DNA from: Marsupella aquatica
Taxonomy: Eukaryota; Plantae; Marchantiophyta
Length of the DNA stretch: 64,000 nt
Assembly (NCBI GenBank): GCA_973895155.1
Contig: OZ316896.1
Span: 20,776,152 to 20,840,151, forward strand
Direction: 5' to 3'
The notes under the pieces are model-generated. The model had not been told where the DNA came from, did not search any database, and worked only from the letters and a program-made list of their open reading frames with translations. The position numbers and the translations under genes were made by a program. This document shows positions 39,682-51,664 of the stretch, in pieces (within the stretch, counting starts at the first letter, position 1; each line of letters begins with the position of its first letter).

Positions 39682-40389
39682 ATGTCACTGGCCGCCCCCT
39701 CTCCACAACTCACCGTGGCCATGTCGGCGATGCAACGAGTTCCCGTTCTGCAGCAGAATTCCTCGAGCAGGCTCTCCTGGGTGGACGATATCAGGAATTC
39801 TCGGAGCTTGAGCAGCTCCCAGGCTGTTTGCACTAGAAGCTGCATTAGGTTTTCGTCTCTGGCAACGAGAAGCCGAGTCCCGGGCAGGTGTGGGACCTCA
39901 TGGCTTGCAAAGGCGGGAGGAGAAGAGGGAGCCGATGACACACAAGAGAAGGTTGACAACAACAACAGTGCCACTAGCGTTGCTTCTCCTGGAGAATCGA
40001 AGCTCAGCAGCACAGCAGGGGGAGCGAAAGGCTTCGGATCTCCTCAAAAAGCTTCGGTCCCAGACAAGAAAAAGGCCTCCAAATCGTCCTCTGGTAGTGT
40101 CCGTAGGGCTCCACCCTCGAAACCACTCATTGGAGTGTCACCAGCGGACCAACAAACGCAGCAGGTGGAGACGGCGGTGGTCGCGTCGCTCGCGTTCCTC
40201 TTCGCATTGATCTTTTTGGAGGGCCTGCTTCTGGCTGCATCGGGATTTCTGCCCGAGGAATGGGATGAGTTTGCTGTGAATTCGGTCTACCCTGCCTTCA
40301 CTCCTAGCGTAGGAGTGTTCCTGGCCATCGCTGCGGGCTATGGGTTGTGGAAGACTATTGGTGGTGGAACGGGAGAGGGCAGTAGGTAG
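39682..40389 (+). CDS. LPA2: LOW PSII ACCUMULATION 2-like thylakoid membrane protein, intronless CDS
   Basis: Ser/Arg-rich transit peptide; GFGSP; VRRAPPSKPL; two TM helices around EGLLLAASGFLPEEWDEFAVNSVYPAFTPSVGVFLAIAAGYGLWK, recognised as the LPA2 signature. Confidence 0.88.
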   Translation: MSLAAPSPQLTVAMSAMQRVPVLQQNSSSRLSWVDDIRNSRSLSSSQAVCTRSCIRFSSLATRSRVPGRCGTSWLAKAGGEEGADDTQEKVDNNNSATSVASPGESKLSSTAGGAKGFGSPQKASVPDKKKASKSSSGSVRRAPPSKPLIGVSPADQQTQQVETAVVASLAFLFALIFLEGLLLAASGFLPEEWDEFAVNSVYPAFTPSVGVFLAIAAGYGLWKTIGGGTGEGSR

Positions 40390-40697
40390 ATGGAGCTGTT
40401 CATCAACTGCCTGAATTGAAGGATCAGCATCGGAGCCCATAGAGAGAGATAGAGAGAGAGAAAGCGAATTTTGGTACACAACCTCGTTGTTGAAATTGGA
40501 TTGAAGCCATCTCCAGCTGTAACTGAGCTCGTAACTGAGCTCGAGAATGAATGAATTGAAGCTCTTCACAGGTTTATTTGAGCTGGAAATGGACTGAACC
40601 CATTCACAGGCTGGAAAACTCATTAAAGCTCTCACAGTATTTCCTGAGCTAGAGATTGCATCTGGTAGCTATTTGGTGCATCCTGTACAGAAGAACG

Positions 40698-42665
40698 TGG
40701 AACGAATCTCGTCGCAAGTGTTGTGCTTATGCTTGTGCTGAGGCCCAATACAACAATCGACATGATTTCAGAAATAAGACCTGAAGAGTGTAATGTCTAC
40801 ACGAAAAACTAGTAAAATTCGGATTTTTCATTCAGTGGAACGAACGTGATCGAGTTTAGCTACTTAAAGCGTGTTCTGGAGTGATCGACAAGGTGCTTAA
40901 GCATTGATAGTCAACTCACATAGTCGCGACGCAGCGTTAAGTTCTGCTCCATTGATGGCAGACCAATTGAAGAGGCCTCGGGAATTTGTGTAAGTGGCTC
41001 CTTTCAGCTGTTCCTCTTACACGCCTTTTTGTGAGAACATTCACATCTAGTACCACGAGCAATCGAATCTTTCTGGCGGGTTTGGTTTGGTGCAGTCGTG
41101 CTGTCGTTCGGATCCCACTTGAACGAGGTACTTCCTCTTTGTATCAATCATTGCGAAAATGCCTCGGAAAATGACGACGAATTACGAGAAAACAGTCTGC
41201 AGGTAATCTCCATCATTCTTTTGTGTATGCTTATGCATCTGAAGGGTGGAAAATTTATCGGATGCTCGTGACGTTTGAAAACTAGAGACGAAGGACAGTT
41301 TCTTTGAGTCATGGGACGAACTGGTTTCCTTGTGACGACAGTAAAGCAAGGATGGTGGTCTGCTGCCCTGGCAGGCTCTAGAAAGCTTTGTGCTAGTGCC
41401 CTCGCAATGTCTCCGAGCACACAGAGACAATTTCGGACCTTGCTTTGGAACATCTCAGCTATGATTCCAACTTCACGGATGATCTGAATGGAGATCATGA
41501 TGAGGATATGGATGGCGAGGAAGAAGAGGACGAGTAAGCAGCTTTCAGAGAAACTTGTAATCATGCATAGCAGTCTCCAAATTGGTCAAACCTCGTGCTA
41601 TCGAACTTGCCTATCATACATCTAATATATACTGTGAGGTCTGGTTTTCTACTTCATATGTCGTGAGATTGCTTTGGGAATTAGGTGTCGTCGTTTGTGA
41701 GTACAAGATTCATCACACTAATTTGTAATGAGAGGGTCTAGTTCGCACCTCTTGGAGCAAAAGGACAACCAATTGCTCACTCTACCTGGAACTCAAGGAC
41801 AAACCTATCTTTGTGAGATTCCATGTGAATGGGGAGCCCAAAATCGGTAGGACGGGTTGGGGAAAAAGAAGAAAATGTCAAGGTCGCTGTTCGGAAATCT
41901 TTTGCTTTGTTTCCACTTTTTGTTGGACTGGTTGATACAACTATGCCTCTGCCTCCTTGTTGCATCTGAGCTTTGGTGGCAATAGGGTATGTCAAAGCAG
42001 TGCCACCAGCAAAGCCTTATGGTTGTGATTTTTTGGATGTGTGATCCTTATGGAGCATGTAGTTATGTAGTTGTGATTTTTTGGATGTCATATCCTTATG
42101 GAGCATGTAGTTACGTAGTTGTGATTTTTTGGATGTCATATCCTTATGGAGCATGTATTTATGTAGCCCCAAAAGTTTTTGTCCCTGCCATAAAACGAGT
42201 TTATGTCCCTGCCATAAAACGAGTTTATGTCCTACTCGGTACCTCACTTATGGCCATGTTTTGACTACCCTATTCAGATCTTTGCAGTGGGAGGAATGCA
42301 TTTGCAATGGACAGGGTTGTTTGCTAAAGCCTCGTCTACTTGACAGTTATGTTGAAAGAATGGTGGACCTTGTTCTGCTATATTGATAAAACACTAAATT
42401 CTTGAGCGCAGATCGATGTCCTAAATGCCTTCATTGGCTTACTTCGACAAACTGGGAGTGTGACAAAGGGAACTGTGGAATTAAGGAAGGTAATCAAAGA
42501 TGCTAATTTTCTATTGCAAATTTTCCTGATGTGTATGCATCAATTCCAGAGCATAACGTAGTGAACCAAATGGGGATGGTAGATTCTGAACGGTATGCTG
42601 AACAGTTCCTGTTCCATAGGGAAAAACCTTGATGCGGATTGATTTTGTCCAGCGAGATGTGATTT
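40698..42665 (+). pseudogene. Partial CAND1 duplicate (copy of ~20145-22105, introns plus internal exons)
   Basis: Colinear with the CAND1 intron/exon block containing [23 protein letters not shown] and IDV.NAFI.LLRQTG. Carries frameshifts, has lost the [11 protein letters not shown] exon, has a destroyed acceptor (GAATGGGG vs GAATGCAG) and contains a MITE insertion. Confidence 0.93.
41985..42270. mobile_element. TA-flanked MITE with internal 48-bp x3 and 24-bp x2-3 tandem repeats
   Basis: TA|GGGTATGTCAAAGCA...TGTTTTGACTACCC|TA; absent from the parental CAND1 intron at ~21710. Confidence 0.8.
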
Positions 42666-44404
42666 GTTGGGACACAATGCCCTTTCTACTAGAGAGCCTG
42701 GGCATAGTGTTCAAAAGTGGGTGTCGTATATATAGAAATTCTGTTTACAGGGCATTGTGGGATAATTATAGGATCCAGAAAGGAGTGCTTTACCTCAAGT
42801 TTTGAGGAGTTATTCTTGCCCACCACCACTCGCCATGTAAAAGAGGGAACTGTCCAAGAGTTGCCTTTTTCCCACACTCCACTCACTCCTCTCCTCGTCC
42901 ATGCCCATCTGCTCCACAATTCCAGGAAAAAGTTACTTAATTGGTGAAACTTGGTGGATCCAGGTTTAGTCATGACTAGTGGGGGTTCAATGCTATGGTA
43001 ACAATACCTTACTACACTTAAAAGCCTAACAGATTATCTATTTATTTATTTTAGTAATATTAGAGTAGAATTTTCAAATGAATTGATCCAAAACTTGAGT
43101 AGCGTTCTTCTCCATGAATGCCCTGAAGATTACAAAGACAAAAGTTGCAAAGGGCATTAAGTTAGAGTAAAGGATGTAGTGTTTGAAGAATGACCAAGTC
43201 CAAAAACTGACTTGTCAATAAAAAATCCCTTCCAATTAGAAAACTGGGCTCATTATTACCAAATACAGGTCCTGCTTTGCAAATAGAAAGCCTCTCTGCA
43301 ATAAAAAGCTATGGTTAATCTCAACTATGAGGGCCACGGATTACCATTTGAGTAGAACCCCCTCCTACTATTCAACCCTAGCCTTGTTTGTGGACGACAG
43401 TAGGCAGAGTCATAGCCATCCCACAGGTAAGCGTCCTGAAGAAATTGACCCTAAAACTCCCTAACATGATACTTACAAACCAATAATGTAACTTTGTATA
43501 CAATGCAGATAAATGCTCACCACTAGAAAATTCTCTTCTAAGGAAGTCTTCTCCACTTTTAATGAAAATTCACTAGGTTTTCCCTCTTCCATTTGCCACT
43601 TTCCCACCTAGCCACAGACCACAGTAGCCAGAATCTAAGGTCATCCTTAAATCTAGGTAGATCTGACAACCAGAAAGCAATATAGAAAAATTAAATAAAG
43701 ACTATTCACACAACATGACACTCCTCACAATGACGAAAAGGAACCAAAAAAATATTTTAAAATTACATCTGCACTCACCATCTACTGATGAGTAAAGCTC
43801 TGGCATTGGTTCCAAAAAAATAATTCTTGGAAATGACTCCTCAATTGTTGTTGACCTCTACTTGTTGTAAAGTGTCCTTTAATGACCAATCCCAAACTAA
43901 GGACAGAATTGCACACTGGGGCCAACTCCATAGGCCAATGAGGGCCTCCAGATAGTTACTTGGCTTTCCTATATATAGTAGAGTATGGGACTGAAGTTCC
44001 AGATCCTCAGGTGGGCAGGAGAATCTACATGGGCCCCACCGTATCAGCCCACTAGATTCATTAGGTCAAGAGTCAAGACCCCTCTTTCGTTCACAACCCA
44101 AAACGGTTGAAGTAACTCGAGTCAGTGAGAGATACAACGCCCGACGGCGCGGATGCTACAATCTACGGCGCTGGTAGCTATTTCCATATTTTATAGGCAA
44201 TCGTGACCGTCGATCTGATAGTCTCGCTAACCACAGTTACCGAGACCCCAGTTTACGAGAAAGCGTACGCCTCACTCTGGACACGGGACGAAGCTCGATT
44301 GCAGGAGTTGTCGAGTGGGTCGATCGCTGGGTGATCCGGAATTGCGGCGCACCATTGCGGTGATTGCCGATTCTGTCGAGTGCTTTCATGGGGCGATTGA
44401 TGGC

Positions 44405-45160
44405 CGAGGCAGCGAGTTCTGGAGCCAGGTGAGTGGTGGTGATTTTTTGGATTTCTCAGATTCGAGACTGTCTTTGCTGAGGACGTCGAAGAAGAAAAGC
44501 AACAAGGAGGAGACGGAATTTGTTGTCGTGGATTTGATGGAATCGGTGGCGAGTTCGGAATTCAGCTGAGTGGTGGTGAATCTTCAGTTGGTTCCAAGCT
44601 CGTGACTGCCTTTGCTTGACGCTGAAGAAGAAGAATGGTGGTGAATCGTCAATTGGTTCCAAGCTCGTGATTGTCGTTCCGTGAGGCTGAAAAATTGGAA
44701 GAGAAGAAGTGACTTCGGAATCGGCTGATAAGTGGTGGCGAGTGAGTTCTGTTCCGGCTCGTGACTGTCTTTGGTGAGGTTGAAGAAGCGGGAGAGAAGA
44801 AGAAGAGGAATGTGTTTGGCTCTTGGAAAAGTTTGTCTCGTACACATCTATACGGAGGAGAGTCGGAGCACTAACTTGTCTATTATAGCTTTGATCTGTG
44901 GATTTTAGGCGGGCGTGAATTCGTCCATCCATCGGTGTTGTGCTTCACAGACTATAATTCACGTGTAGTGAGAAGGCTTGCAAAGTGTGCCATTGCCATC
45001 TTAGGTCATCATCATCAACAGTTGAACAGCATTGAGCGGGATTGTGGAACCAGAGTTGTGATTTCAACGAGAAATTACAGCGTGAGACGAGTTGAAAGAG
45101 GAGGGGGAGAGACTACGACGATTTGCGTTTCGGGTGAAGAAGAACAACAGAAATCGGAGT
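44405..45160 (+). promoter_or_regulatory. 5' leader / probable 5'-UTR intron of the PRELI gene
   Basis: Donor CAG|GTGAGT at 44429; candidate acceptors TTTTAG (~44908) and TTCACAG (44950); paralogous to the LPA2 leader. Confidence 0.6.
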
Positions 45161-45271
45161 TGTGGCTTCCAGAAAGGAATAACAGAGTGGGAGGAGAAGT
45201 ACGAGGCCAGATTCGGTTTTGAAGAAGAAGAAGAAGAAGAAGAAGAAGAAGACGAGTCGTCTTCATCTGTC

Positions 45272-45832
45272 ATGGTGAGAGGGTTTGTTCAGGAGCATGT
45301 TTATAAGCATCCGTGGGAGCGAGTCACGGCGGCTAATTGGAGAAAGTACTCCGATCCGGAGCACAAGTCCCAGCTCTCCCACGTCCTGGAGGTGGACACC
45401 ATTTCTCGCGAGCTCGATTCCGACTCGGGACGGCTCCTCTGCACGCGTGTGATTGCCGTTAACGCCCCCGGGCCTTGGTGGCTGCAGAGAATTCTTGGGA
45501 CCACGGTCTGCCACTGCCTGGAAAACTCGACCGTGGATGGCAAGAAGCGGTCCATGGAGATGACGACGAGGAATGTGACGTTGAAGCATGTTTTGGAGGT
45601 TGAGGAGAAGTGTTCTTACACTCCGCATCCGGAGAATCCGAGCTGGACTGTGTTCAAGCAGGAGACGAACGTCACCTGTGCCTCCCTCTCTGGACGGCTG
45701 GCCTCCATGGCGGAGAAAATTGAGCAGCGCTGTGTTGAGAACTTCCAGAAGAATAGTGCGAGAGGGAGAGACGTCATGGAGCGCGTTTGCTCATTCTTGG
45801 AGCAGGAATCACTGAGCAAGTTAGGGGCATGA
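45272..45832 (+). CDS. PRELI/MSF1 (Ups/SLMO-like) mitochondrial lipid-transfer protein, intronless CDS, 186 aa
   Basis: QEHVYKHPWERVTAANWRKY, HVLEVDT, GRLLCTR, STVDGKKRSMEMTTRN, VEEKCSYTPHPENPSWTVFKQE, FQKNSARGRDVME. Confidence 0.92.
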   Translation: MVRGFVQEHVYKHPWERVTAANWRKYSDPEHKSQLSHVLEVDTISRELDSDSGRLLCTRVIAVNAPGPWWLQRILGTTVCHCLENSTVDGKKRSMEMTTRNVTLKHVLEVEEKCSYTPHPENPSWTVFKQETNVTCASLSGRLASMAEKIEQRCVENFQKNSARGRDVMERVCSFLEQESLSKLGA

Positions 45833-46860
45833 CTGAGGTCGAGCGTCTCATGAACGAAGCAATGAGGGGAAATGGAGGTCTCATAGTCTGGGCCCAAAAA
45901 TTGATCGGGCAGGATTCACTTCGTCTAGGAGGATGACGCTTCTCATATGTGAAGCAAGGGAACTGAAGGTCTCGGTTCTAAAAAATCTTAGATGGATTAC
46001 TTTGTGCATTCAATGGTCACCAAAACCCTAGAAAGGGGTGGTGAGCAGAAAGTAGAAAGGGTCAAGGGGCTGTCAAAGAGAACAGTGTAGGATGGATAAT
46101 ATTTTTGATTGAACTGTAGTCACGAATTCCCCAAAATGGGGTAGGGAGCAGAAAGTAGAAGAGCGCGAGAGGCTTCTTATGAAGCAAGAGGACAGAAGTT
46201 TCACCGATCTGGAGAGAATGGAGCAAGACACAGTGGAGAGGATAGGCTTCTGATAAGTGAAGCATTCGGGAGAGCGTGTCTTGTAAACGAAGCAATCAAT
46301 TAGGGTATTGCCGCAAGAGGCTTGACCCAAGAATTCATCAATTTGTTCATTCATTTCATTGATTTATACATCACAGCAGTGATTCCTCACTGTGGCAGTT
46401 TGCTGCAAGGATGACAGCTTTTGTAATTCTTCAACTCGGATGATCTCATTAGAAGATAAACCCCTCCTCGTCGTAAGTCATTCAGCTGGTTTGATGCGGA
46501 TCTTATCATGATTGTCTCGATAGGCACCAAGAGTGATTCAAAGATGCAGAAGAGTAACTCCATTCTTGTGATATTGTTTCCAAGAGGATTCCAGAGTTTA
46601 CACATACAATTCTTGTGGTAGGTGTCGAAACTTGGAAGATTGAGGAGAATGAAAGCATGAACCAAAGAAGTTCACGGGGATAGACTGCGTGAGCTACTAT
46701 TCAATCTGCCCTTAAGATAGGAAGGCAGCAATTCTTAGTAGCAAAGAGTAAAGGAGAGACTCAATAATTTAAGAAGGCAGAAACAGGAACTATGAATGCA
46801 CATTTATATATATTGATATTAGGAGGAATTAGACCCAATTATTATTTGGCAGGCTTTGCT

Positions 46861-48967
46861 TTATTTCTTGGGTTTCTTGTCTGAACTTTCTGATCCCGCA
46901 TCCGAAGGCGAGGCTGGTGGTGTCTCAATTCCCAAGAGACTGTCCAAATCTTCAGGATTTACCTTTGAATCAGGTATTGGATTTGCAATTTGGACAAGTT
47001 CTATTGGAGTTTGAGGTCTCTCGTGACCTTCAGAGCTGGGACTGTCTGGTGATGGAACTTCATCCACAGTGGTCAATTTCATTTGCACTGCGCTGTCAAT
47101 TAGCTCCTCCGAAGGTTTGTTCTCTGATTTTTGCACTAATTCAATTGCACTTTCGAGCATCTCTTGCTGAACACGTATGCTCTTGCGTGCACTGAGAGGA
47201 TTGGCTAGCTTCAACTTTTTGTACATTTGCACTAGGTAGAGTCCTCGTCCAGTTGGTGGATGCAATCTGCAAAGCACGGTTTGGGTCAACCTCATTACTC
47301 TCGAACTTCAACCACATGCAGTCCTCAAGGTCTATTGTCCCTCCAGGACTACGATCATTCAAACTTGTGCGTGTCAGTGTGCTTCGAGAGATGCTCAACA
47401 CACTCACTATGCATATGGTGCTTCAAGAAAATGCGTTATGCTGATACAAACAACCCCATTGCTGCGGGTAAATGCACTCAAAAATGAAACCTTCCAAATG
47501 CACATTAAAAATTACTATTTTTCAGTCACGAATCCTTCCAAAATGCACAGAAGACAGTATTGTGTTTCTCATGACACATTGTTAGCCCTGGGGGAGAGTC
47601 ACTCATTATGTGATCTTGGGGTAGAGTGTGTACTGAAAACTAAAAAACAATCCAAAATGTACATGGAAAAGTACATGGAAAATTACTACTTTTCCATTCA
47701 CTCATTGTGGGGTACATTATTTACTTGAAAAATGACACTATTTCAAAGCGCACATCAAAAATTATTTTACATTTCATTCACCCATTGTCCAAACCTTTGG
47801 GTAGAGAATTCAGCAATGCTTTATCCTGATAGAGAATATATGGAGGATTTAAAAAGGACAATACATCTTTTCAAATACTTGTGTAACATTTGCGCACTTA
47901 CAAGAATTAAAATTGATTTGAGACAGATCAAACTATAGAAATTTCAGTATCTTGTCTCTTATTCAGTTTCAAAACATTTGAAAAAAACTAATTTGGCAAA
48001 TTATGTTCATTGAGCACATTCAAATGGTATTGCAAAGCATTGAACACTTTGAAACCAATTTATGATCTGATTGGAAATATTATATTGCACACAAATGAAG
48101 ACCCAGCATTTGAGAGGGCACTTTAGAAGTATAGTGAATGTGAACCTGTATGCATCTCCTTTGACTAGTGGCACACCTCTCTTCTTCAAGTGACAAAAGT
48201 AACTTTTTGGACGATTATGAATCTTGCGGAGGCGTTGTAACATCTCATGGTTCTCAACCTCAATCACCCTGAGTTTACCTGACTATCCATTGATCTGTAT
48301 AAGCAGGGTTTATTTCGAGATCTAAGATAAATCAACTTTCAGGAAAACTGCAGTTTATGGTTATCGAGGTTGTAGGAATAGAGATCAGGTTGGCAATTTC
48401 TGGCCCAGAACCTTGTTTCAAGGCTATGGTCACAGTATAGCACGAACGAACTAAAGCTGATGAAGTTCTTTAAGTCACAATCGGCAATCCTAAATCATGT
48501 GAATTGTGTGGATGTTGAAGTGAATTGAGACAATGCAGTAAAACAATTGAAGCCAACAAAATCAATTTTCATTTTCCCTTGTGGTGGATGGTGTTTCGGT
48601 CCGAAGCTCCTAAACTCATGCCAACTGTGAGGATGCTTAAGGACATTAAAGCAACTGAACATAAGCAATTGTAGTCATCAAACTTACTTTCTTCAATTTG
48701 TTGCCTGTTTCTGTGCATGACGGCGATGGAGGGTGTTTCAGGTGGACGGTTATCAATTGACGGTCTCATGTTACGTATGTTGCCCATCATTCTCAACAAT
48801 TCTTGGGCGAATTGCCATCTCATGAGTGGGGTAATTCTTCTGCGGCGGACTCGTCGATTGCCAATTGCCTGACTAGAAAATTCTGTGTTCTTGTATTCAA
48901 AATCCGAACCAAGCGCAGGGCGCTTCACCATAGTGCGCCTCATCTTAAAACTTGAGTTCTCCTCCAT
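46861..48967 (-). CDS. Probable CFAP97/Hemingway-domain cilia-associated protein, multi-exon (start and 3' exons uncertain)
   Basis: Exon ending at 48688 (IRNMRPSIDNRPP...HRNRQQIEE) splices in frame via GT-AG to exon 48278-48146 (SKLRVIEVENHEMLQRLRKI). This resembles the M.P.IDN.PP...Q.E.ER...IE.EN..LL.R..I pattern of the family. A low-complexity Pro/Ser/Glu ORF lies at 46861-47295. Confidence 0.55.
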
Positions 48968-49917
48968 TTTGAGAACTTCACAAACTCGCAAGAAGTTTAG
49001 GTAACCTCTGCAGGTTTTTCCAACATGTGAACCCAAAAATTCTGGTCACATCCATTGCTTCAAAACAAACATACGACTAGGACAAATCATAATTCCGCTA
49101 CCAAGATTTAGTGCTCTGCCCTGGATATAATCCCATATTCCGTAAAGAAGTGACCAAACTTGTGATTATCGATCATCTTCGGGTCACTCATTCATCATAG
49201 GCTTGTTCTCGTTTGATTTAGGTTTTTGCGCATTGGGTTTATGCTCCTCTTGCTTCCTGAAAGCCATTCGACACAGAAATTGTTTGGTAAGCAAGATTTC
49301 AACAGTCGTCCATCAAAACCCCCAAAGACATGAACAATCAGAAAATCCACAACCCAAACGAATGAAAAGAACGAACGAAAGAGAGAAAATCCAAACATAC
49401 AGACAACAGAACAATAGCAATTCTGAGGAAGCATAGACGAGAAGGAAACTTCACTCACCTCTTCTCTGCAGCGCCACCTTTCTGGCTCAAGAAGGAACGG
49501 AATTGGGTGGAGTTCACATCGTAGATCATCGTGCCGGGTGAGTGGTATCACGGCGAAGCACAGAACACAATTCGGAGGAATAGAAGAACGCCCAAGAACC
49601 ACCATAGCCCAAAGGGTACTACCACTAGTCCATGGACGATACAAACGAGAGCGATGCAAAACTCGCTTGAGGGTATTCACATCTATTGTTCCTATTCTTT
49701 GGAACTCAATTTATGCTCTTGGGAACTCCATTGATTATACAACCCTTTGTGTATTGATTATGCAAGCCATTGTGCTCTCATTATGCAACCCTTGTTAGTT
49801 GGAAACTCATTTATTATAACCTGAATTTTATTTATTAACTTGTCCCTCAAAATACCCAATATTACTAAAATGTCTTCAAACAAAATTAATTATTAACCCC
49901 TCCCGTTTCATATAGTA

Positions 49918-51664
49918 CTAGCTCAATACCCGTGCGTTGCACAAAAGAAGTCATGTCGGCCAAGATGTCGTTGAGAAAAAAGATGTCGTGTCGGCCAAGA
50001 GGTCATTGAGAGAAAAGATGTTGTGTCGGCCAAGAGGTCGTGGAGAGAAAAGATGTTGTGTCGGCCAAGAGGTCGTTGAGAGAAAAGAAGTCGTTGAGAA
50101 AAAAAGATGGCCAAGAGGTCGTTGAGAGAAAAGAAGTCGTTGAGAAAAAAAGATGGCCAAGAGATCGTTGAGAGAAAAGAAGTCATTGAGAAAAAAATAT
50201 GTCATGTCGGCCAAGAGGTCGCTGAGAAAAAATATGTCATCTTGGCCAAGAAGTCGTTGAGAAAAAAGATGTCATGTCGGCCAAGATGTCGGCAAAGACA
50301 TTGAGGGAAAAGATGTCGTGTCGGCCAAGACATTATTGAGGGAAAATACTCGTGCATTGCACAAAAGATGTCCTTCAAGTCATTTTGCCAAAGAAGTCAT
50401 TTTGCCAAAGATGCCATTATGTGAAAGATGTTGATAAGAAAAATGTGTCATTTTGCCAAAGATATTGTGAAGTAAAAGATGTTATAAAAAAAAAAAGGTG
50501 TCGTTTCATCCAAGTTGTTATTATGTGAAAGATGTTATGAAGTAAAAAGTCAATGAGAGAAGGAGCAAGTTTTTTTCTTTGTTTGTTTTTTACCCAAAAT
50601 GCCCTTGCATTTTAATGGCGACCACTCTATACATTGGCGCAATGTTATATTATCGGTTTCAGGTTTAAGGTTTTAGGTTTAGCAAAGATGACCATTCTAT
50701 CGCTATCTTTTCAATCCCCGTGCGTTGCATAAAAGATGTTGTTTGGTTAAAGATGTTGTTGAGAAATAGCTCATGGTGCAAAAGATATCGTTGAATAAAA
50801 AATTGCACAAAACTTTTTGTTGAGTGAAAGATATCATTGTGCAAAATACTGACTACAGCACCCACAAAAGTTCCCTTTTTCCTTTTTCTCCTTGCACAAA
50901 AAAATTCTTTGAATAAAAGATGTCATTGCACAAACCAATGGTTATGACAACCACAAAAGTATAACAAAATGAGAGGTGTTTTTCCCCCCTTTTTAACCTT
51001 TTTCCTCTTATGTTCCTTTTAAACCTTATCCTCCCCCTTTTCTCCATTTCACCATCACTCCACTTGCTCGCCGCCCCCTCCCTCCCCACCCGTGCGTGAC
51101 TGGAGCCCTTCGAGGGGCTGCCCTACATTGCCAGTGTGCCCCTTGCCCGACACCTTGCCATCAACGCCCGTGTCATGAGTTTCACTATGTCTTTGGGCCT
51201 TATTACTTTTGTTTTTCGGCATTGAAAATGATAGTGCAAATGACTCTAAAAATCACCACAAATATTGGGAGAAACAATTTTTTATTGATCAAGTGACTAA
51301 AATGTAATTAGCAATTAAACTCCTCTTAACACTATTATACAAAACTATGTTACACATAATATTGAATATGTAGAATACTCTAAGTATGTACAATACGGAT
51401 CATGGAGACCTGGAGGGAGTATCCTCCTTGATCCTCGTGCGTTGATTCGCGTGCATTAATTAAAGTCTTTCACTTTTTTGGGGTGTCTCATGTGATTATT
51501 TGGCTTGTCTTGGACAATGGTGTAACTTTTTGTGTCACACTAAACTCAATTCACACTTTGATTTTATTACTTACTTTTGATCACATTTTTTTAATTTTTA
51601 TGCCCTGCAAATTTGAATGACGACCACTCTAAAAAGTGGCGCAACCTTGTATTATAGTTTAGGA
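49918..51664 (-). mobile_element. Composite (tandem) non-autonomous Helitron
   Basis: Minus strand A|TCCTAAACTATAATAC... at 51664 to ...GTGCAACGCACGGGTATTGAGCTAG|T at 49918. Internal 3'-end hairpins at ~50350 and ~50718 and an internal 5'-end-like copy at ~50615-50665; GGCCAAGA / GAGAAAAAAGATG subrepeats. Confidence 0.75.

Noticed and set aside
41989-42247. Regularly spaced repeats that could suggest a CRISPR array (also 38051-38395 and 61695-62230)
   Set aside because: Units are contiguous without unique spacers, there are no cas genes, and the context is eukaryotic.
45092-45271. Acidic N-terminal extension on the PRELI protein
   Set aside because: Begins at a non-ATG codon and derives from a GAA microsatellite in the leader; family similarity starts at ATG 45272.
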